NCBI GenBank assembly: GCA_002633005.1
Contig: NMRA01000737.1
Coordinates: 104,884 to 168,883 of the forward strand
DNA length: 64,000 bases
Direction of reading: 5' to 3'
Source of the DNA: Phoronis australis
Taxonomy: Eukaryota > Animalia > Phoronida
The notes beneath the pieces are model-generated. The model did not search any database. It saw only the letters and a program-made list of their open reading frames with translations, and was not told the origin of the DNA. Positions 49,690 through 63,427 of the stretch are shown piece after piece (the stretch's first letter is position 1; each line of letters begins with the position of its first letter). Both the position numbers and the translations under genes were made by a program.

Positions 49690-51774
49690 AGAAAACTCTT
49701 AACTGCAAATTTCGGATAAATATTTGGAGTTATTAATTATCACATTTTCCAACTGATTGCACCCACCTTATTTTTTATTGTATAATAAGGTTTGTATCAA
49801 ACGGCACCAAAGATCCAATTAATATAAAAAGATGAGTAATTTTGGACAAATAGCTGATTAAATTCCTCACAACAACTGTCGTTTCAGAGCAGCAATCTTT
49901 TGAATTATTGAACTTATTTCCCGCTGTAGGTTTGCAGGGAAGCTGCCTCGCCATCTATCGTTTTTAACTGGAAACCAAAATTGCCGAAATTAAAAGTCAC
50001 CTTGCAAAATTAGTTTGCTCTACTTTCTGAATACTGGAAGCAGACATTTGGATATTCTGTACCATCGACTGTTTTGTTATCTATTACACAAGCGCCCTGG
50101 GCCCACGGTCTACTTTTCTACTCGAAACCGAACTTAAATGTCTTTCTACTTTACTAGGCCATCGTGTGACTAGCGCGTAGAATAGTCAATAGAAGGCGCT
50201 GGCTACAAATACAATCTCAACTAAGCAACAGGTGGTCTCAAGTGAGTCACTTATATTATCTGAAGAACATTAGGTTGTAATATCTTCTTATTGTTATTGA
50301 TTAAAATTAGTTTTTCCTCCTCCCGGCCTAGTCTCAAATACTGACACTGGTTTTTTGGAATTTACATTTTGGTGGAATAGTATGCGAAAAACTCACAACA
50401 AATGAACTTTCCGTATTCCGTAGTTTTAGCTTTTCTATCTAATCTAACTGTTTATTTAACGATATGCGTTTCACATTTTTCACACGAAGACTCCAGCGGA
50501 CGTTTAATAACACATCTGGCAAGGGATCGAGTTACAGCACCCCTGCTTTAGAAGTTCAAACCCGTCTAAAATTAAGTGTCACGCATAAACCTTAATAAAA
50601 GAGACCTACTTCCAGGATGTGCGGTTCAGGTCAACGTCATGTAATTCGCTAGTTTCCAGACTTGTCAAGCATAGTAAAAGAATGGTCGTGAAAGTTAAGT
50701 TACTGTTGTTTCTACTGCTCGGGATTTATCAAAAGTATAGCCATGCAGAGGTAAGCCTACCTACGTCTACATGTAAATGTAGGCACCGTTAACTGATACC
50801 ATATTAGTTCTAAAATGGTGATGATTAATACGCTTTTTAAACAATGCTCACGCGTAGTCATGGGCTTCAAGTTTAGTTGGTTCACTGCTCAACACTCCCA
50901 AGGTGTCATTGGCGTAGGGAGAAAATGGGTTGGAAAAAGGGTTCGTGACCATTGTAAAAAAAATTATCTGGCGTGCGCGTGTGAACTTGCCATTTTGAAT
51001 GCTTCTGTTTGCGCCTGTGTAAAATATGGCATCTACCTGTCAAAAGACGCCACACAGGCTGCTAATCCCAGTATGCAATTTCTGTTACCACTTTTTATAA
51101 AAGTGAAAATCACTGATTTAACTTTGTCGGGTATTTTGTGGTGCACACAAGAAATTCAGAAGTCAAATTTTAAATTGTTTTTTAAGTTGGAGCATCATGG
51201 CTATTTTGTAAAGTTTTGGTTTAAAGAGCTTCAGTAAGAAAATACATTTAAAAGGTTTTACTTAAAAACAGGAAAGAAAAAATGAAGTCTTGATCGTGCT
51301 TATGTAGACATTTAAACTCTCTATCAAGAGACAGTCTTTCCGTCAGTAACCTTCATGGGATCACCAGTATTCGGTAAATTTGCCCAATTTTTGTATTTTA
51401 GCTATTTTTGAGGTGCTCAGGGGGTCAGTTTAAGCGGTGCTGGCGATTTTAGGTAATATTTTCGAACAGTTTGCTGTCTGACTAAAAATGAAAAGTAAAA
51501 GTTGGGCTTTTTGTTTGTTTCCAATGAACAAGCGGTGGAAAGAACATACCATCGCGTATTTCACACCGTGTCCTTGAGTAGTCTGCAGCTGCAGCTCATG
51601 AACCTCACCATGGACTTCATTATTTTTGCAAATATGCCACTAGGGGCCTGAAATAAGTTGACGTCAGTTGTTAAATGGTTTGCCTACTGCTGCCCCCCGG
51701 GTAGCATTTTGTATAACTAGATTTCTTTGGTGAAATGTGGCCAATTGTTTCCATCTATAAAATAGTAGCACATG
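49690..51774 (+). repeat. ~2.08-kb direct duplication, copy 2, ending at the N at 51775
   Basis: Matches 31669-33728. Confidence 0.92.
50682..50750 (+). CDS. Duplicate signal-peptide exon (allelic copy or third paralogue start)
   Basis: Identical 69-nt exon and gtaagc donor to 32632-32700. No downstream exons were recognised. Confidence 0.4.
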
Positions 51775-54700
51775 NCTTTAAAGTCACAATGAACCCCACA
51801 TCGGCGGATACTTTGGTACATGTCTACTACATTGGAACACATTGTTACACTCAGCGATGAAGCTGTTTGTTTTGATTTTTGTTTTGACACGGGTTTTAAA
51901 ACACCAGGTCGGGAAATAAGACATTCTCGTGTTATTTGTTTTGAGGTTGGACACTGTTTAGCCGCCGATGTAGGCCTGAATATGCTTTTAACTAACTGAT
52001 GATAATCGAGTTAATAAAATGTGAGTAGATAAAAACGACTTTTTCCTGGTTTGCGAGAACTGGAAGGCACCAGAAAACTTTCCCCTAGAAGGACTGTGTA
52101 TTCAATAGGTATGTCGATTTGGATTTTTCAGGGCGTAACATGCAGCATAGCTTTACTGGACTGTAGGCTGGAATTCCATCCCTCACTGGCTTCCAACCTT
52201 TCGAAATTATAACGAGAGGTAATCAACAAACACAGAAAATATCAATAATACCAAAACAAAGGCTGTTATGGGAAATGCGAATGCAAATACAGGAATGAGG
52301 TCAAAGTTCGAAGTAGCAATCGTCCCGCAGTTGCGCCAATTTCACTATCCACACCCCACCCCCAATCGCTGCCCATTTCAGACATGGTCCCATCAAGAAC
52401 GGGTCCAGGGGTTTCAAGCCCCCTGCTCGAACGTAGAATGTCGTAAAGTGTAAATTTTCGAAACAAGGATCTGGTAAGTGGTTAGTTTTTGGACACTGGC
52501 TTGGGAAACATTTGATGGTTGTGGTGGGATGCGGAGAAAGGCTGTTAAATTTTCTACTTTATTTTAAGACCAAGTTTTTTGATTAAGTGTTACTTATTAA
52601 CGTCCGGAATTTTGGGAAGATGGAAAGCTCAATAGTCACCGCTCCCCCCTAGCATTTTGGTTGAGGGGGCGCTTGCCTCCTCCCCCGCTTCCCATGCCTA
52701 TGTTGGAAAGAAATACAGTGTTTTGCTACTACTTTCAAAAGATTAGCTATGTTATGTTTAGTACATCCCAGAATTCCGTGCAGAATCAGCACCAGCCTAC
52801 CATCCAATCGCCCACTTCCACCCGGTACCTCCCGATTAATCANTATACGCATTCTTCAGTTGATTGTTCATATTCTATAGTCTCAAAATCTTAAGCAAAA
52901 GACACTTCACAATTTTGAATTTGACAAAATAAAATTGGTCATGGTAGTCTGTCTTCCGTAGGAGCACACGACAGCTAGGTGTCGCCACGGCCACTAAACC
53001 AGTAATGGGGGCGACCAAGGCGACTATCCTTCCTATCGTCCTTGGGTGAACTGCATGTTAACAGATTATCGTTCCACAACAGTTTGCTAATAATGTCTTC
53101 CCCGATAAAACGCGAATATCCATACCCGATTTCAAGACTAACGCAGCGACAATGCTCTGCTGTAAGACAAATGTTTAATTTTACGCAACGCCGCATCACG
53201 AATTGACTCACAAGAGTTTTGACTCATATCCCCATCGGTCTGACGTCATGTAAAGAGGAAAAACTACACGCTTACGCCACGTTGACGAAGGCAGAAATAA
53301 TTAGCAACCGTTTGTCTGTTACTATTGGAGTGGCTATAAACCTGCTGTTTTACGAAAATATATGCAATGAATGCACATTCCTTTTTTCCCTGCAGCTTGC
53401 AAGACCGTGAAACGGAGAGAGACCAGGGACCCGTTAAATGACTTTCTCTGTCTTGACTTAGACCGAGATTGGAATAACTCAACACCAAAGTGTTTTAGCC
53501 CCGTTTCAGGAAATTTCATAGACCAAGTACAATTCATAAAAAAATACAGAGGGCGCAACAAATAACGCAAGGATAGCTAGCAAACAAATGAATAACAAAT
53601 ATCAAAAGTATAAAGAACTTGCAAATACAAGAATGTAAATAAAAAATGTCATAGAAATGAGAATCAAATGATTTCCAATTTTCACCACGAAAATCCAGAA
53701 ATCAATAAACGGACAATATTATGTAGCTATGGAAATGAGGTCTCATTCAGTTCATGAGGCATTCAAACTTATGATACGATTTAAGGAACCGATGTCTTTC
53801 ATGCATACTGGCGGTTAGGGCAAGCACCAATCGGTTAGATTTTTAGGATGATCCTTGCAGTTAATCGTCTTGTACAGCCACATATGACGTCGCACGCATG
53901 CTGGACATTCCACTCACAGAAAGCAAACGGCTTATCGCTGCCGTTAATCAAACGAGAAGCTGAAACTTAAATACAACCGGTGCATAGTAATGTGACCGGT
54001 TCGCAGTAGCGGTGGGCTTCAGATACTCAGCTGAGCAAAACCTCAGAATTCACTACGTAACATATCATCAATACACTCTTAATTCTGAACTTTTTCACAG
54101 TACAGAGCATTATTTGTTACAAACCTATCTGTTCGTATGATTTTACTTAACGTTCATTAATAGGCTAAATCAGCGATTAACTCGGTTTAGGCCATAGTCC
54201 CAGCTCCCCTAGCTTTCACCTCCGTGGCCATTTTCTGGGGGCAACGGGAACTTTGCATTAAACCCATCTACAGATGTTCAAAAGCCAATTTCAAAAAGTT
54301 CCCAAGAATACACTTGCAGGTTTAGTTAGAATTTTAATTTAAAAGTTGGAAAAATATAACCTCAACTAATGTGTTAACCACCAGGTGTCAGTGCAAAATG
54401 ATCCGAACAACCAATCAAATGCCAGAGAGGTGTCCATACCTTTCCCCTTCAAAAGTCGTCTGCTTGGCATGAAAACATTCGTCAGAGGACAGTCAGCTAA
54501 TGTTATTCTGCTGGCTTAGCTAGCTTGTTTACTGCTACTGACTTCATTCGATAGTATCAATTCCTGGATAGGTGTGCAAGTAATAGGCAATTACCAAGGA
54601 CGAAGGCTCAAAAACCAGCAGGCAGCAATTAGAAATTGAGGAAAGCCAAATCAAGTGGCCACAAGTGTCATCGTACTGAGACAATTCTTGGCACATTCCT

Positions 54701-55899
54701 GAATCATTTTGTGTTACGCAAAGAACAGTTTTGGGACAGCTAGGACTCTGCTGAAACCATGAATTATTGAACGAGTGTACGACTTCACAATAGACTGGCA
54801 TGATGTCTGCCCCGTGCAGAATTCATGTGTCAGGTTCTGCTCAGATTTCTGAGCTGGAATTTTCAGATATTACCTGGTCTAAGGCTACTGCAAACAAATG
54901 TATCAACATTGAATGTAAGAGAAGTATCATTGCTGATAAGTTTTAAAATTTAAAAAAATAGAAGTCTTGTCATGCGCGCACCCAGGGGAGGGAGGAGGGG
55001 CCCGGGGCTTGAACGATTCTCCCCCATTTGGTTAAGAGGGTAAAAAGGTCAGCCCCAGAGAAACAAAAACTCCGAAACAGTAGAAAACGAGACAAAAGCT
55101 CACTAAAAAGGCAGGAACTACTAAAATTCGGTGAACGCACAATTCATAGCTCTGAAGTACCCCGTGAATCTTAATAAGAGTCCACATTCTCAAAAACTCG
55201 AGCCCCCCATTTTTAGGCTTGAAGCGCACACGCTTCTATCACTAGCAGTGTTACAGACAGATATAACAAAAATTGAAAGAACTCTTTAAAAAAAGGAGAG
55301 ACCAAGCTGGTGATGGAAATAATGTTGTGTCCACGAGAAAATTAAGGAGATTGTCACTGTCAGTTAAGTGTACATTTAACAGTGATCAAAGAAATAAACG
55401 GTATGTTTGCCACCACAATGAACCATTTGCCACAAATCAAATTTCATCACAGGGGAACTTCACACACAAAATAAAAGTTGAAAACCTATACTAGTTCCAA
55501 ACATTCAATACGTGCAGTTGTAATGCTTTATTGAATCAGTATCCATGTATGTACAAATAAAACTTTTATGTTACAATTTTCATGGCAATGTTACCTATAT
55601 TGGGTTATTTTGACTTTTTCAATTGATTATAAATGCCTGAATTACTGTACCTGAATTACCCTTCTGCGAGTGGGTTCACAGAAGAAGTTGGGCACAAATC
55701 CTCTCCCCAAAGATACACCCACTGAGGATCAGCTGAAAGGTATGCGGAATGATGTTTGCCGTAGTGAGCTGATTATGAGGTCTTCTCAGAGGACCTTTTC
55801 GGCGGCTGGAAGGTTACTGGACAGAGGGAACCTCCATTGACAGAACGCGAAGCACCTCACTATATTCACCCAGCTGTTCTGTTGTGCAGAGCATAATAT

Positions 55900-57670
55900 T
55901 GCGGTTTCTAAGCAGCTTGACGTCAGGTGCATAAAATTTCAGTGGCAGGCGGGTTGTAGGTCCAAAACACGTTGGAGTCGGCAGAGTTTCCGGAAGATGA
56001 ACCAGTTGGATGGGAACAGAAAAGAGCGAATCCTAGTCGGCGCAGTCATCGAGTCTGAGGCGAAGATGGTCGTCGCGTCACATCAGGGTGCAGCTCAAAG
56101 AGGCACATGAGGGCTTGTTGGACTGCTCGAGCTCCATACGTGACCTGCTCGTGTAGACATCATGGCAGCCACGCCCTTCTGCTAGTGTCAGTTCATTCTG
56201 GCAGATCAGATATCCCCCGCCAGCTCGGTTGGTATCCTTACAGAAGGAGATGTCAGTGGCCACTATAAAGGCATCATCCTCACTTAGTCCACTGGGCAAT
56301 TAGCGACACACCGCTTTAGCGGCGCCCTGGGGCAAATTGCTACACCCTCTGTCGAAGACTGCCACAACTGTTGGCTCTTATCCGTAGTTTTGCAATTTTA
56401 ATTTTAATTTTTAAAAAAAGTTACGCTGAATGAGCACCTGGATAATTTCCGTCGCACTAAAGATGTGAGAGGGTGTTGGAGCAAGTTCCTGAGGGGAGCT
56501 CTCGCCTGTGGGGTAATATCTTCATGATGAACGTATGGACAGTACGATCCTGAACTTGGATGGCTTTTGTTGCTACAACTGCCTGCCCTAGGGCCTGGCA
56601 GTCAGCAATGCTAGGCACGTATTAGGTGACGCAATGCAGCTACTGGAGTTGGCATGGGACACGGTAGCCCATGCGCTGTAGTCGTTCAAGTCTACCGTGC
56701 TGCTTTTGGCTAACGGGGACCATGGGAAGGGCGCAATCTACCACAGACCATGTAAGACTCATGAAGAACATTACAATGTGCCCTCCTCTGTCTTCCTGCC
56801 AGCTGCGACATGAAGAGCATGGATCCCTTGGCTCGCTCGAATGATGACCTTGTTCACGTGCTCAGTGAAATTGAGATGACGGTCGAGGAAAACACCCAGG
56901 TGTCTGAGTGTCTGATACGACACAACTGGAATGTCATCGTAAACAGGGCGAGGGGTATCTTGAGCTCTGAGACGATTGTCCAGGGTGCACAGCAAAGTTT
57001 CACATTTCTCACCATTGCAACTTGTACATGTACAATAGCTGGAGCAGTAGTTCTTGACATCGGTCAGCATTGGTTGAGTCCTCTCAATGAGTTGTTGGGG
57101 GTAACTGCCTACCGCGCATGTGATGATGTCATCGACGGAGGTCCTGAGCCTACAGTCCACGTGGCTGATGCGAGTCAAGGGCAGAGGAGATCCTTGGGGA
57201 AGGCTGGTGCTGACGCTGATCGCGTCTGTGCGCCAGGCACCATGTTCTAGCATGTGTCTCCTCGTACTCAGGTTAGTCATCACCCAGCGAACGAAGGAAG
57301 AACAGCTGCCAAAGTGTAACATGCCATCAGCAAGAAAAGGGAGACAGAGTTGTAGCCATTCTCAAGTTCCAGTTCCACAAGCAGGATATTCTGATGGTTT
57401 TCAAACCTTCCCAGATATCTGCTGCCAGAGATATTACATAAGCCCAAATATCGCGTTGGGGGCGGTATGCCCTCATGCCACTAAGGAGCTAGGCCTCCAT
57501 CAGTCTTTTGATTTGGTGAGCGACTAGTTTCTCCGGGATCTTTCCCACAAGGTTTTGCATGACGATGACGCGATGCCTTTTCAGCAGCTTGTGGTCTTTT
57601 CCTGGTTTGGGAACATGTGTTAAGAATGCGTCGGTCCACACGCTTGACTGCCAGCTCTTTCTGTACGACT
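55900..57670 (-). mobile_element. Decayed non-LTR retrotransposon (I/Ingi-group-like) with RT and RNase H
   Basis: WTDAFLTHVPKPGKDH...RVIVMQNLVGKIPEKLV (early RT), LPQGSPL, SVDDI (YADD equivalent), RHLGVFLDRHLNFTEHV, and ATDISF...RAGGGY...TSRSRMELE (RNase H). It is 5'-truncated and frameshifted. Confidence 0.88.
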
Positions 57671-59852
57671 TGGTGTTTAGTTCGTCGCCTTCACGACTTA
57701 AATAGAATAAAATTTCTACACTTCCACGACCATACACCTCGACAGTTTCCGACATGACCAATGAAAATATGGCTGACATTCCAAGACGAGGTCAATGAAA
57801 ACAACGCACTTTTATACCTCCGGAGCAAAAGAGAGCTCTATTGTTGTGTAATCCGGGATGTCGGAGTTCGGCGTAAATAAACAGAAGCTGTGTTTACACC
57901 ACCTATTTGCTGTTGTAAAACGTGCGTAATTTCTCAACAAGAGCAACGCAAAGCATTGAATGTGTTCACGAGTACATCTCATGTTTATAGGGGCGTTTTT
58001 AAATTTCATAAAAACTGGGCACTGGACTGATGAGAATATGTCAAACCCATTCAAGGACTACGGGATGTACATGTAGTTGTAGTCGAATTCTCCCAAAAGA
58101 TGTCTTATGTTGCCACTGGAATAAGCTCATCAAATTTTGCAAAGATCCTACAAGAGATTTAGGAGATACAGCTGGGGTACGAAAATATAATATCTACTAA
58201 CGTGCGCCACACGTCTCAAAATCAACATTAAGTCGAGTTGTTGTCATTAGGAAACACCTGCCAATTTTTAATGATCCTTTGAACACTTTGACGGATGGAG
58301 AGGCTGACACCAAGAAAAAACAGACTCGAAAATTAAAAAATGGCCTCTCTACGTGGCAGAGGATACCTCTAGTCCGTAGGGGAATAGAAAAGTGATGTCG
58401 TCTCCTTAATAGCAATGTATTTGTCAAATTCCACGAAAGTCCGTTTCATCGACTGACAGACGACAACGAAAGAATTACCAATTCATTTGTCTGCTGGTAA
58501 TAACGTGCGGCGCATAAGTCAATATCGTCTGCACTTATTTGACTTCACCGAGTCAACCGGCTAAGACGCCTGATTAGACAATAAGCCGATAGAACCAATG
58601 GAATGTCTTGTCCGGTTGACTTACCGGAGACAGCGAAATTGATCAAGTGCAGACAATGTTGTGAGTGAGTGGGCGGAGTGCTCTTTAAGTGCTATCCTAG
58701 TTTTATGAAAGTGGGCACTTAATACAAAATTGAGAAATCTCCCTGCGTCTTTGCCTTCAAGACTGAGTGTAGTGGAGACAGAAAGCAATCTATTCCCAAA
58801 GGCAAACAAAATCTCTCGTGTCTTTATATGGAGACACTTTCTTCTCTCTGAAACATAAAAATCCCCTCTGCAAAGTAAACATGCCATGAATGAAAATCTA
58901 ATGCAAGCAAGAAAGTGTGGCAAGAAAAAAATCTAAATGACCCATTCTTCCTGCTATTCGAAAGCACTAAACCACGAAGAGACAAACGTGCAGAAAGTAT
59001 TTTTACCGGGAAACGAAGACAAAAAACCCACAAGAACCTGCCCTGTGAGGTAATTTACGTTCGTTTTGTGTACTACTCAATTCTTCAAGCTCTATTAATT
59101 ATGATGAATAAGTGTAGTATGTCACTCCACAATAAATAGGTCAACGTTTTAAGGTATGTAGAACGCTACTTAGGAAATATTGTCTTGAGACATCGCGTTT
59201 CACTTAATGACGAGCTTAAAAATTCTTATTTAAATCCGGCACGTTAAAGAGGCATGGGAGACGAAAGCTCGTGAAAAATCACAAATTTGACATAAGGGCT
59301 TAGGAAAAACTCTGTAGTCATCGCAGAGTTCAAAATCTCTTTCACAGTTCTGATAAATGCACGCATGCGCTCAAAGTCATTGACAAACAGCTGACTGACG
59401 AGATGGATTTCAACAGCAGATTATGATGTGAGGTCGACAGTACAGTATGAGGCAAGCCAGTGAAGCAAGCGATTTCTCAAAAGGAATCTAAATGCATTTT
59501 AAAATATATGTGAATACAACGATACCTTAACAAAATTTAAACATTTAAGACTTACATTAATTGCTTCTTAATCGGACTGGCTGCTGTTTGAAGTTGCCAT
59601 TGTTTTGTTTACAGCAAAGGTCAAAGGTCACATTCTCCATATAAGGGGAAAATATGTCACATAAACACCGTATTGTGCAATACTTTTTTTTAGTGTTTTA
59701 TGTGCACTAAAACATTTTTAACTTACTTTGACAAACACAGGGACAATGTTTTTACATTTGATGTTACTACATGTACAGTGTATTCAATTCTCAATATACG
59801 TTCCAAGGTAAGTTGATATATGCTTTCACGTGTTCATCAACATAACTGTTTA

Positions 59853-60744
59853 CAGTGGCGGATCTAGGATATCACAAGGGGGGGGCCCAACATTTTGTCC
59901 GGCTGGAAGCATTTGCGCAAACTGAACCACGATTGTAGATGCGCATAGCACCGAATGGGGGGAGGTCGGGAGGNNNNNNNNNNNNNNNNNNNNNNNNNNN
60001 NNNNNNNNNNNNNNNNNNNNNNNNNNNNNNNNNNNNNNNNNNNNNNNNNNNNNNNNNNNNNNNNNNNNNNNNNNNNNNNNNNNNNNNNNNNNNNNNNNNN
60101 NNNNNNNNNNNNNNNNNNNNNNNNNNNNNNNNNNNNNNNNNNNNNNNNNNNNNNNNNNNNNNNNNNNNNNNNNNNNNNNNNNNNNNNNNNNNNNNNNNNN
60201 NNNNNNNNNNNNNNNNNNNNNNNNNNNNNNNNNNNNNNNNNNNNNNNNNNNNNNNNNNNNNNNNNNNNNNNNNNNNNNNNNNNNNNNNNNNNNNNNNNNN
60301 NNNNNNNNNNNNNNNNNNNNNNNNNNNNNNNNNNNNNNNNNNNNNNNNNNNNNNNNNNNNNNNNNNNNNNNNNNNNNNNNNNNNNNNNNNNNNNNNNNNN
60401 NNNNNNNNNNNNNNNNNNNNNNNNNNNNNNNNNNNNNNNNNNNNNNNNNNNNNNNNNNNNNNNNNNNNNNNNNNNNNNNNNNNNNNNNNNNNNNNNNNNN
60501 NNNNNNNNNNNNNNNNNNNNNNNNNNNNNNNNNNNNNNNNNNNNNNNNNNNNNNNNNNNNNNNNNNNNNNNNNNNNNNNNNNNNNNNNNNNNNNNNNNNN
60601 NNNNNNNNNNNNNNNNNNNNNNNNNNNNNNNNNNNNNNNNNNNNNNNNNNNNNNNNNNNNNNNNNNNNNNNNNNNNNNNNNNNNNNNNNNNNNNNNNNNN
60701 NNNNNNNNNNNNNNNNNNNNNNCCCCCCCCTAAATCCGCCTATG
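59853..60744 (+). mobile_element. MITE whose interior contains the assembly gap (N 59974-60722)
   Basis: cagtggcggatctagg ... ccctaaatccgcctatg termini. Imperfect ctgtt(t)a on both flanks. Confidence 0.6.
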
Positions 60745-60882
60745 CTGTTACGAGCTCACAATTGTGTTCAATGCTTCATTGTTTTAGTATTCCTATGGGC
60801 CAAGGGGGCCTTGTCATCGTTTGGTTTTTGGAGAGGTCAATGGTGTTCCGCCCGAATATTCATTGCGTTTCGCTACTGTAAG

Positions 60883-61941
60883 TTAGAAATGACTGCAGCA
60901 CTCTAAAGGCGGTACACATGGCTCCGGTTTTTGACCATTGTACAGTGTCGACATGTTGTGATTGTTACGGGAAGAAGAAGCATCAAGTTTCGATGACGTC
61001 GGATAGATGGCGTTGATGGAATCGTTTCGGTATGCCTTATTCCAGAAACAAAGCACGTGCATGTATCCTTTACGAAACTGCTGAGACCTGAGTCCATAGA
61101 TGAAACTGTTGAGACAAGAGTAAGAGAAGCCAATCCACATAATGATTCTGTGAGCAACACGCGGCCAGTGGCCTTTGGGGTCAGCAACTACGCGCACGAG
61201 GAGTGGCGTCCAGGAAATGATATAGAGTGAGAAGACGAGAAATAAAGTCTTGACAGCTTCCTTCTTGTACAGAACTTGTCCGATGGCAAATGTTGGGGTT
61301 TTGCGAATTTTGACGTAAATTCGAAAGTAGAAGACACTAGTTAGCAATGACGGTATTAGGATGAAGCTAATTGCTATCACGGAGCTCGTGGTGTTAAATG
61401 TTTTGCTTTTCTCACTCAGTCCGCACGACTGGTCTTTTTTGTTCTTCCCGAAGTTCACCAGGGTTAAAATAGTGGCAAAGACTGCGAACGCATGAAGCCC
61501 AACGATCATGCAGAACGTCCGCATCTTAGAAAACAAAGTTCTGTAGAGATTGTGGTGACAAATGTTGATGAAGCGATTGAAAGCAATAAGGGGCATGCTG
61601 TAGGCGGACAGGGCAATGCTGAAGCGTTGTACAGAGTCTGCGACAGCACATAACGCCCTCTCACCCAGAATGTCGTAATTAGACAACGCATTTCCCAATA
61701 AAATTGGCAACACAAATCCTGACATGAGGAGATCGGACAACGCCAGGTTTATTATTAGCGCGTTGCCAACTTTTTTGCGAACTTCCTTTTGAATCAAAAT
61801 TGCAAATATTATAAGGAGGTTGCCCACAGTTCCTATGAGGATGTAAACGGAGACGATTACGCATTCTGCGATGATGAGTTCCTTATCGAGTTCCTGAATA
61901 ACGACTGTTCTATTTCGAATAGTAGCTAAAGAGGAATTCAT
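60883..61941 (-). CDS. Class A (rhodopsin-like) GPCR, melatonin-receptor-like orphan, single coding exon
   Basis: 352 aa with 7 hydrophobic segments: TM1 GN, TM2 NLALSDL, TM3 IAFNRF (NRY-type), TM6 SWTP, TM7 NSFIYG. N-terminal NxS/T sites. A 5'UTR acceptor ctctttgcag lies just upstream at ~61964. Confidence 0.93.
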   Translation of the reverse strand: MNSSLATIRNRTVVIQELDKELIIAECVIVSVYILIGTVGNLLIIFAILIQKEVRKKVGNALIINLALSDLLMSGFVLPILLGNALSNYDILGERALCAVADSVQRFSIALSAYSMPLIAFNRFINICHHNLYRTLFSKMRTFCMIVGLHAFAVFATILTLVNFGKNKKDQSCGLSEKSKTFNTTSSVIAISFILIPSLLTSVFYFRIYVKIRKTPTFAIGQVLYKKEAVKTLFLVFSLYIISWTPLLVRVVADPKGHWPRVAHRIIMWIGFSYSCLNSFIYGLRSQQFRKGYMHVLCFWNKAYRNDSINAIYPTSSKLDASSSRNNHNMSTLYNGQKPEPCVPPLECCSHF

Positions 61942-63215
61942 GTTGAGAACGAAACGAAGAATCCTGCAAAGAGAAACGAGACCTCGATTTAACTACAATG
62001 GGCGAAATTTGTGACGAGACACTGAAGTTGCACAATGGGTGAGAAAAAGGTTTTAAGTCGATGAACCCCTAGACACAACTGGTCTTACAGTCCCAGTGCT
62101 TTGATAGCAGAGGTAAACTTGATTTGGTAAATCTAGCAAAGTATTACTGACAGGCAAGGGCAAGAATAACTTATTGTTAAGATAATAACAAAAACAAAAA
62201 CAAAAACAACAGATTTTGTTGTTTGAAATCTCTCACCAAAGTATCATTGTGAGTAAGTTACTTTAAAGGGACCTTATCGGTTTTACGGTCAAAAATGCAT
62301 TTTTGGAATTATTGTTTGATGGGTTATAGACTTCTTGGAATTTATTAGCTGTGACCACCAAAGTTTTCTAAGATCCTTTAAGTAACAGAGTAACTGTCTC
62401 TGAGTAATTTTAAAAATTAATCGGAGACTTATTTCCAACTTTAATTCAATCAGAGAATACTGGGGGAAAGGTGACCACCAATTTCACTAAAATCCCTTCA
62501 AGACGTATCAGACTCGAAACCTATTCTCCAATTTCTGTGGAAGTCTTTGACGTGATAAAACAAGAAAAGTAAATATTACGCAAATTTTGAAACCTAGACC
62601 CTCTACAGTTTACTCAACGAATTTGAAGTTTTCCAGTGAATGTGTGAACATGTTAGTTGTCGTCTGCGAAGTTTTCGAGATGCAATTTGGATAAATACAT
62701 ACTCGCAGTATATAGTTATGAAGTGCACAAAATTTGAGTTTGTTTTGGTGGTCTCCCAAGCACGAGAAATTACTGAGTCTGGACATTTTTTAATTTCGAG
62801 TAGTAAAAGGGACTGAGTAAAGTTTGGTGGTCGTGGGTCCAAAACAAAATTCTTTGGTTTTATGATCATACAACTTAATGGCCAATTTTCGCCGCGGTCT
62901 ACGCGGCAGACATTCAGTGAGAACAAGGCCGGTGACTTGACCTGCTAAATGCGCGTAAAATATGACCATCAGTGTGGTTAAGCTTCGCCAGCAAAGCCTT
63001 AGAATGCTACGGCCGTACTAGAAAATGGAAGGATTCCGCATTAAGGATGATCTCAGAAAACCACTTTTCTCGGCGACATTACACTTTTAATAAACACTTC
63101 CTTTCTAGCTATTTTCCACAATTATCTCCCTGTCTAGCCGATGCCATTTACTTGACTCGCAGAAATGCGTAGGCCAGACTTAATAGATCCATTACAAATT
63201 GCACACCCGTGTATA

Positions 63216-63427
63216 CAGCACACATCACGAATTTTTGGCCGCCCGGTCGGAAATTGGTCGACGCTAGGCGACCACTTAGCCGACTCAAGTGCCGACCACA
63301 GAGGCGACTCAGTAGACGGCTCCTAGCCGACCGTTGTTGGTCGGCTGCTGGTCGGCTAGACGACCGGTCGACGGCCGGTCGTCGACCAATTTCCGACCGG
63401 TCGGCCAAAAATTCGTGATGTGTGCTG
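63216..63427. mobile_element. GC-rich palindromic MITE with TA target duplication (Tc1/mariner-type)
   Basis: ta|cagcacacatcacgaatttttggccg.ccggtcggaaattggtcgacg ... reverse complement|ta. The ~48-bp TIR is near perfect. Confidence 0.85.

Noticed and set aside
52268-52480. Possible exon downstream of the duplicated signal exon
   Set aside because: All three frames after the ttcag acceptor hit stops before the donor, and there is no Gly-X-Y pattern.
56810-57527. Plus-strand ORFs of 135-146 aa
   Set aside because: They are antisense shadows of the LINE reverse transcriptase.
59939-60881. Two long ORFs (264 and 308 aa)
   Set aside because: They consist almost entirely of the N gap.
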